Positions 26,926 to 32,000 of a stretch of 32,000 nt of DNA are shown here, one piece after another. Within the stretch, counting starts at the first letter, position 1; every line of letters starts with the position of its first letter. The stretch spans positions 30,001-62,000 of the forward strand of contig NC_008340.1 in assembly GCF_000014785.1 (NCBI RefSeq), in the 5' to 3' direction. The notes under the pieces were generated by a model that did no database searches, was not told where the DNA came from, and saw only the letters and a list, made by a program, of their open reading frames with translations. A program made the translations under genes and the position numbers. Source of the DNA: Alkalilimnicola ehrlichii MLHE-1. Lineage in GTDB: Bacteria > Pseudomonadota > Gammaproteobacteria > Nitrococcales > Halorhodospiraceae.

Positions 26926-27741
26926 ATGTCGATGACAGCGCCCATTGCGGGCCCGGAGACCGTGCCAGCGGAGGCACCCGAACCCGCGGGCGGTCGGGGT
27001 ACGCTCGTACCCGAGGAGCCGCACACCGCCTTCCGCCTGCGTGGCCACAGCCCGAATCCGCTGGTGGACGCGGCCAGCCCGCTGCTGGGCCTGGTCATCC
27101 GAGTCCGCGAGCTGGAGGTGCTGGACGATGTGGCCGCGCTCTACCGGCAAGTGGTGGAGGACATCGGTGCCATCGAGCTCGAGCTCACCGAGCAGGGTCT
27201 CGACCGCCCCACGCTGCTGGCCTATCGCTACGTCTTGTGCACCTTCGTCGACGAGGCGGTGATGGGGACCGAGTGGGGCCAGCAGAGCGATTGGTCCCGG
27301 CACTCGTTGCTGGCCCGGTTTCACAACGAGACCTGGGGCGGCGAGAAGGTCTTCGCCATCCTGGCCCGGCTGCAACAGGAGCCCCAGCGCTACGAGCCAC
27401 TGCTCACCTTCATCTACATCTGCTTCAGCCTGGGTTTCCAGGGGCGCTACCGCATCCGCCCCGACCGACGCGAGGAGTACGAGCGGATCGTCCGTTCATT
27501 GGGGGAGCAACTCTCTAGCCTGCAGCCGTCCGGCGACGAGAACCTGACCGAACCCGAGCGCCATATCGCGCCCGCCGGCTGGCGATCCGGCGAGGGGGTG
27601 CCGGCCTGGTTGATCCCGGCCTTGTCCGTCCTGGTCGCAGTCGGCCTGTACCTGGCCATATCCTGGTCCTTGGACCAACAGGCCGCCGAGGTCCACGCCT
27701 TCCTGCACCAGGTCTTCGCGGACATGGGTGACGCATCGTGA
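26926..27741 (+). CDS. tssL: T6SS inner membrane protein TssL (DotU family)
   Basis: NPLVDAASPLLGLVIRVRELEVLDDVAALYRQVVEDI, YVLCTFVDEAVMGTEWGQQSDWSRHSLLARFHNETWGGEKVF; C-terminal TM helix; AAGGAG before ATG 26926. Confidence 0.96.
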   Translation: MSMTAPIAGPETVPAEAPEPAGGRGTLVPEEPHTAFRLRGHSPNPLVDAASPLLGLVIRVRELEVLDDVAALYRQVVEDIGAIELELTEQGLDRPTLLAYRYVLCTFVDEAVMGTEWGQQSDWSRHSLLARFHNETWGGEKVFAILARLQQEPQRYEPLLTFIYICFSLGFQGRYRIRPDRREEYERIVRSLGEQLSSLQPSGDENLTEPERHIAPAGWRSGEGVPAWLIPALSVLVAVGLYLAISWSLDQQAAEVHAFLHQVFADMGDAS

Positions 27742-29315
27742 GTGCAGCGGGCCGGAGCGTGACAGACGGGGATCACGGGCAGGCCCTCGGCGCGCTCGCA
27801 GGGCTTGACGCCGCCCTACCGCTGGTGGAGAGCGAGGCCCCCGCGCAGCTCCGCCGGCGCGCGTGCCGATTGCTTGCCCGCGCCCGGGGCCTGCCGCAGG
27901 TAGACTGCCTGGCGCTGGATACCGATGGCCGGAGGCTGTCTGCAGGTGCCGGCAATGCGGCGTATCGGTGCGACGACTTCCGCCATCCCTACGCCCACGT
28001 GATCCGCAGTGGGGCCCCCCTGCAGGCGTGCATCGGCACCCTGCGCGCCCGAATGGATCATCCCGACTTTCAGGCCGGGATGGCCGGCCTGAAAGGGGAC
28101 TGGGAACTCCTCTGCCGCCCCTTGTGCGACCCGGATGCCCCGCGCGGCTGGCTGGGGGTCTGGGCGCTGGTCGGTCCGCGGGAGGTGGTGGCTGCCCTGG
28201 ACGGCGATCCCGGCTTCATGGCCCTGGAAGGGCTCCTCTGCCGGTTGTGGTGCCGGTTGCTGACAGCGGCGAAGGCGCACCGCCAGGGCCAGGATCTGCG
28301 CCACTCCCTGCAACGGTTGGGGCGGGACACGCGAGCGCATGCGCTGTCCGGCGCCTTGAGCCGCGAATTGATTGGCAGCTCTCCGGCCATGTCCCGGTTG
28401 CGCGATCAGGTGATCCGCGCGGCCGGCACACGCCTGGCCGTCCTCCTGCAGGGCGAGACCGGGACCGGCAAGGAGCGTGTCGCCCGCGCGATTCACCGCC
28501 ACTCGGCACAGGGCGATGGGCCCTTCGTGGCGATCAACTGTGCGGCGATCCCGGAGACGCTGCTGGAGTCCGAGCTCTTCGGCCACGTGCGCGGCGCCCA
28601 CTCCAGCGCCACCCGGGATCGCACCGGTCTGCTGGCCGCGGCCGACGGCGGCACCCTGTTCCTGGACGAGATCGGCGATATGCCGCCAGCCTTGCAGGCC
28701 AAGCTGCTCCGGGTGCTGGAGAGTGGGTGGTACCGGCCGCTGGGTGGCGGACGCGAGCGGCGTGCCGACCTCCGGCTGGTGTCCGCCACCCACCAACCCT
28801 TGACGGCCCGCATCCGTGAAGGCCGGTTTCGTGCCGATCTCTATTACCGACTGAACCAGTTTCCGCTTCGTCTGCCCGCGCTGCGGGAACGCCGGGCGGA
28901 CATCCCCGAACTGGCGGATCATTTCGCGGCCGCCTACGCCGCCAGAGAGGGGCGCCCCCGGGCCAGCCTGAGTCCGACGGCGCTGACACACCTGGCGGCC
29001 CGGGACTTTCCCGGGAACCTGCGGGAACTGCGCAACCAGGTGGAGTATGGCTGTGCCATGGCCCCGGCCGGTCAGCCCATCGGGCCGGCGGACCTGCCGC
29101 TGAGCGAGACCCGGGAACGGACGCCGGTGGAGGGCCTGCCGGGCCCGGCGTTCAATCTCCGGGAGGTGGTGCGTGACTACGAGGCCCGCCTCATCCGCGA
29201 AAAACTGCGCCAGTTCAACGGCAACCGGGCCAAGACGGCGGTCAGCCTGGGGCTCCCGAAGAGGACGCTGGCCCACAAGTGCCGGAAGCTGCAACTGGAT
29301 GAGGACCCGGCATGA
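27738..29315 (+). CDS. vasH: VasH-like bacterial enhancer-binding protein (AAA+ and Fis-type HTH) with non-canonical L1 motif
   Basis: LQGETGTGKERVARAIHRHS, GGTLFLDEIGDMPPALQAKLLRVLE, Fis-type C-terminus NGNRAKTAVSLGLPKRTLAHKCRKL; GTG start overlaps tssL stop. Confidence 0.9.
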   Translation: MSAAGRSVTDGDHGQALGALAGLDAALPLVESEAPAQLRRRACRLLARARGLPQVDCLALDTDGRRLSAGAGNAAYRCDDFRHPYAHVIRSGAPLQACIGTLRARMDHPDFQAGMAGLKGDWELLCRPLCDPDAPRGWLGVWALVGPREVVAALDGDPGFMALEGLLCRLWCRLLTAAKAHRQGQDLRHSLQRLGRDTRAHALSGALSRELIGSSPAMSRLRDQVIRAAGTRLAVLLQGETGTGKERVARAIHRHSAQGDGPFVAINCAAIPETLLESELFGHVRGAHSSATRDRTGLLAAADGGTLFLDEIGDMPPALQAKLLRVLESGWYRPLGGGRERRADLRLVSATHQPLTARIREGRFRADLYYRLNQFPLRLPALRERRADIPELADHFAAAYAAREGRPRASLSPTALTHLAARDFPGNLRELRNQVEYGCAMAPAGQPIGPADLPLSETRERTPVEGLPGPAFNLREVVRDYEARLIREKLRQFNGNRAKTAVSLGLPKRTLAHKCRKLQLDEDPA

Positions 29316-29959
29316 GCCGCCCCCGTCTCCTGCCCCTGCTTGTGCTCCTGCCGTTGCTGGCGATGCCTGCGGCCCAGGGCGCCGATGGGGAAAGCGGCCC
29401 CCCGGCCCACCGCTGCGCCGCCATCGAGAGCCGGGCCGAGCGACTGGCCTGCTACGACGCCCTCTTCCCCCCTGACGCCGTAGCGGCCGGGGCGAAGGCC
29501 TTGGCCGCGCCCCCGCTGTGGCAGGCCGCGGCACGCCAGGAGCGACGCCGGGCGGCGGACGACCGGGGGCTGGCGGTCGATACGACGGAGGGTGAGGGTG
29601 TATTGCTCACGGCCCCGGCCCTGGGCACCGCCCCGCCACGGCCCACGCTGGTCCTTGCCTGCCACAACGCCATCACCCACTTCGAGCTCCACCTGCCCGA
29701 GGCCGGTGGCCGGGGGCGGGTGGAACTCACCCTGGCCCGGGGTGAGACCCGGCTGCGGCAGACCTGGCAGATGCGGGCAGACGGGCATGTGCTCAGCGGC
29801 GGGCGTGGCCTGCCGGCCATAGCGACCCTGCGTCAGCTGCTGCCCGGCGGCACCCTGACCCTCCGCAGCGACGATGCGCCCGCGCTGGACGGACTGCGTT
29901 TCCAGCTGGGTGACCTTCGGGAAGCCCTGAAACCGCTGAGGAACCAATGCCAATGGTAG
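29312..29959 (+). CDS. T6SS-associated protein VasI/TagO family
   Basis: Signal peptide; CAAIESRAERLACYDALF motif, TLVLACHNAITHFELHLP, FQLGDLREALKPLRNQCQW; conserved position between vasH and tssA. Confidence 0.85.
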   Translation: MSRPRLLPLLVLLPLLAMPAAQGADGESGPPAHRCAAIESRAERLACYDALFPPDAVAAGAKALAAPPLWQAAARQERRRAADDRGLAVDTTEGEGVLLTAPALGTAPPRPTLVLACHNAITHFELHLPEAGGRGRVELTLARGETRLRQTWQMRADGHVLSGGRGLPAIATLRQLLPGGTLTLRSDDAPALDGLRFQLGDLREALKPLRNQCQW

Positions 29960-31389
29960 CGCTGCCCCACCGGATCAACCGAGAGCCGGACCTGGCCCTG
30001 GTGCTGGCGCCCCTGTCAGCGGACCGGGTCGCCGGTCAGCCGGTGGCGGAGGACCCGGATTACGCCTGGCTGGACGAGGAGCTGATAAAGGTCGGCTCCC
30101 TGCAGCACGGCGGGATCGACTGGGCGGGCGCCGAGCGCCGGGCGATCCGGTTGCTGAGCGGGCTTGGCAAGGACCTCCGGGTGCTTGCGCACCTGCTCCA
30201 TTGCCTGCAGCGGGAGGGCGACGCCACGCGTTTCGAACTGGCGCTGCTGCTGTTGCAGCGTTGTCTTGGCACCTGGTGGTCCGAGGCCCACCCGGCGCCC
30301 GGGGACCGGGGGAGTCGTTGGCGTACCCGCCTGTTCAGCACCATCGTCCGGCGGGCGGCCGCCCTGGCGGAGGGACTGGAGGGCGCTGCCGCGCCGACCC
30401 TCCGTCGGTGTCGGCATGCTGTCGATGGGCTGCGATCGGCAACGCAGGATGCCGGCCTGTCTCCGCACCCCCTGGCTGAACTGGACCAGGCGCTGGTCCG
30501 CGTCACTCCGGCGCCTCGCACAGCCCCGCCGGCGGACGACCCGGGACAAGGCGAGCAGGCGCCCCGGCATCAGCCGCCCGCCCCGGAAAAGCCGTCGGCC
30601 GGCGCGCGCATTCCGGAACTGCGGCCGGGCAACGAGCGAGCCAACCGCGAGGCCCTGCAGCGCGTGGCCGATCACCTGAACGACCAGAGCCCGGACCACC
30701 CGCTGGGTTACCGGTTGCGCCGCTATGCGCTCTGGCGGTCCATCGACACGCTGCCCCCGGCCCGGGATGGTCAGCGCACCGAGCTGGCGCCTATGGCCGC
30801 GGACCTCGCGGCCCGCTACCGCGAGGCCGTTCAGGGCCGTGGGGATCACGCCCTTTGGGCCCGCCTGGAACAGAGTCTGGCGGTCAGTCCCTTCTGGCTG
30901 GAGGGCCATCGCCTGAGCGCCGAGATGGCGCGGCAGCTGGGCCATGAGCCCTGCGCCAGGGCCATCCGGGAGGAGACGGCCCATTTCATCGCCTGCCTTC
31001 CCGGTCTGGTGGACCTCCGGTTCAGTGACGGCAGCCCCTTCGCTGACGAGGCCACCCGGTGCTGGCTGGCAGAAGAGGCCGCCGCCGGGATTGCACAGAA
31101 CGGGGCCGGTGAACCCTGGGACCGGGCCCTGGCCGAAGCCCGGGAAAGCCTGGCGGAGGACGGACTGGCCGCGGCATTGGAACGGCTGGATCGCGGCCTC
31201 GCGGCGGCCGGGTCCCCGAGGGCATCCGCCTACTGGCGCCTGGCCAGTGCCGATCTGTTGCACCACGCGGGCCTACAGGCCCTGGCGCACCAGCAGTACC
31301 AGGCCGTGCACAGTGTCGTACGGGGGCTGGCACTGGAGCGGTGGGAACCGCACCTGGTCAAGCGCCTGGAGGCCATCGGTCCCCGGTGA
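29947..31389 (+). CDS. tssA: T6SS TssA/VasJ family protein
   Basis: IDWAGAERRAIRLLSGLGKDLRVLAHLLHCL..., C-terminal SPFWLEGHRLSAEMARQLGHEPCARAIREETAHFIACLPGLVDLRFSDGSPFADEATRCWL. Confidence 0.9.
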   Translation: MPMVALPHRINREPDLALVLAPLSADRVAGQPVAEDPDYAWLDEELIKVGSLQHGGIDWAGAERRAIRLLSGLGKDLRVLAHLLHCLQREGDATRFELALLLLQRCLGTWWSEAHPAPGDRGSRWRTRLFSTIVRRAAALAEGLEGAAAPTLRRCRHAVDGLRSATQDAGLSPHPLAELDQALVRVTPAPRTAPPADDPGQGEQAPRHQPPAPEKPSAGARIPELRPGNERANREALQRVADHLNDQSPDHPLGYRLRRYALWRSIDTLPPARDGQRTELAPMAADLAARYREAVQGRGDHALWARLEQSLAVSPFWLEGHRLSAEMARQLGHEPCARAIREETAHFIACLPGLVDLRFSDGSPFADEATRCWLAEEAAAGIAQNGAGEPWDRALAEARESLAEDGLAAALERLDRGLAAAGSPRASAYWRLASADLLHHAGLQALAHQQYQAVHSVVRGLALERWEPHLVKRLEAIGPR

Positions 31390-31424
31390 GCACACCTCGA
31401 AAACCAATGCAGGAAGCAGAACGA

Positions 31425-32000
31425 ATGTCGGACAAGGCAAGGAATCGCGTGGCAGGACGCCTGCGCGGCACCATGGGCAGCGTAACGGGAGGGCGGGTCA
31501 GCCGCTATTCGGGGTGGGTGGGCGCGCTCCGTCGCGGGTGGCCCTGGGTCGTGGGGCTGCTGGGGATAGCATTGCTGGCGGTGGTCTGGATCTGGGGGCC
31601 GGCCTGGCAGATCGGTGGCGCCCGGCCCCTGGCCCCCTGGCCGAACCGGCTGCTGGTCATTCTCTGCGCGGTGCTGGTCGTGCTGGTGATTATTGGGCTC
31701 CGCCTCAGGGCCCGCCTGCGCGATGCCGAACCCCCCCGCGACGAGGCTGAGATCCCCGACCCGGTGGCCCAGGCAACCGCCGGGCAGGAGCAGGGCCTGA
31801 ATCATTGCTTGGACCAGTTGCGGCGCCAGCGCGGGCGCCACGCCCTGCAGGCATTGCCCTGGTACCTCGTGCTGGGTCCGGAGGGCAGCGGCAAGACCAG
31901 TCTGGTGCAGCGCTCGGGCCAGCGCTTTTCACTCACCCGGAGCCTCCACCCGCAGGGCGGTGAGGCCTCGGATAGCGGGCTGCGCTGCTGGGCCAGTGAC
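31425..32000 (+). CDS. tssM: T6SS inner membrane protein TssM (IcmF/VasK), N-terminal part, runs off window
   Basis: No stop before 32000; two TM helices, then ALPWYLVLGPEGSGKTSLVQRSG P-loop typical of IcmF. Confidence 0.93.
   Translation, partial: MSDKARNRVAGRLRGTMGSVTGGRVSRYSGWVGALRRGWPWVVGLLGIALLAVVWIWGPAWQIGGARPLAPWPNRLLVILCAVLVVLVIIGLRLRARLRDAEPPRDEAEIPDPVAQATAGQEQGLNHCLDQLRRQRGRHALQALPWYLVLGPEGSGKTSLVQRSGQRFSLTRSLHPQGGEASDSGLRCWASD

Noticed and set aside
27816-29534. 572 aa antisense ORF
   Set aside because: Opposite the sigma54-type regulator and the start of the VasI/TagO gene; shadow ORF.
1-32000. CRISPR arrays, tRNA or rRNA genes, complete transposases
   Set aside because: No regularly spaced repeats, tRNA cloverleaf signature, rRNA-like sequence or intact transposase ORF noticed on reading.

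Overview
High-GC gammaproteobacterial chromosome window, probably Ectothiorhodospiraceae-like (inference from overall sequence character). It has three parts. (1) About 1-8.4 kb is mostly housekeeping: accC 3' end, YfaZ-like OMP, TauE/SafE-like permease, NDUFA9-type NAD(P)-binding protein, cca, a 479-499 aa orphan, aldo/keto reductase, trmB, thiG and thiS. (2) About 8.4-10.3 kb is a scrap zone: a DUF2442-like relic, a patatin-like pseudogene with an internal deletion, palindromes, and a ~95 bp near-identical copy of part of the downstream effector gene. (3) About 10.3-32 kb is a type VI secretion (T6SS) island. The minus-strand arm is a VgrG remnant / DUF4123 adaptor / VasX-like 1099 aa effector / DUF6708-like membrane protein / 179 aa unknown / second DUF6708-like protein. 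The divergent plus-strand arm is tssB-C-E-F-G-FHA-tssJ-K-L-sigma54 regulator-VasI/TagO-tssA-tssM (partial). Notable points: tssH/clpV is absent from the site it occupies in Vibrio-type clusters (tssL and the regulator overlap directly). The regulator has GAHSSA where GAFTGA is expected. The only vgrG in the window has lost most of its middle. The effector is followed by two divergent DUF6708-like multi-pass proteins plus an unknown protein, a candidate under-described effector/immunity module. All assignments are from reading sequence and recalling families; no database search was run.
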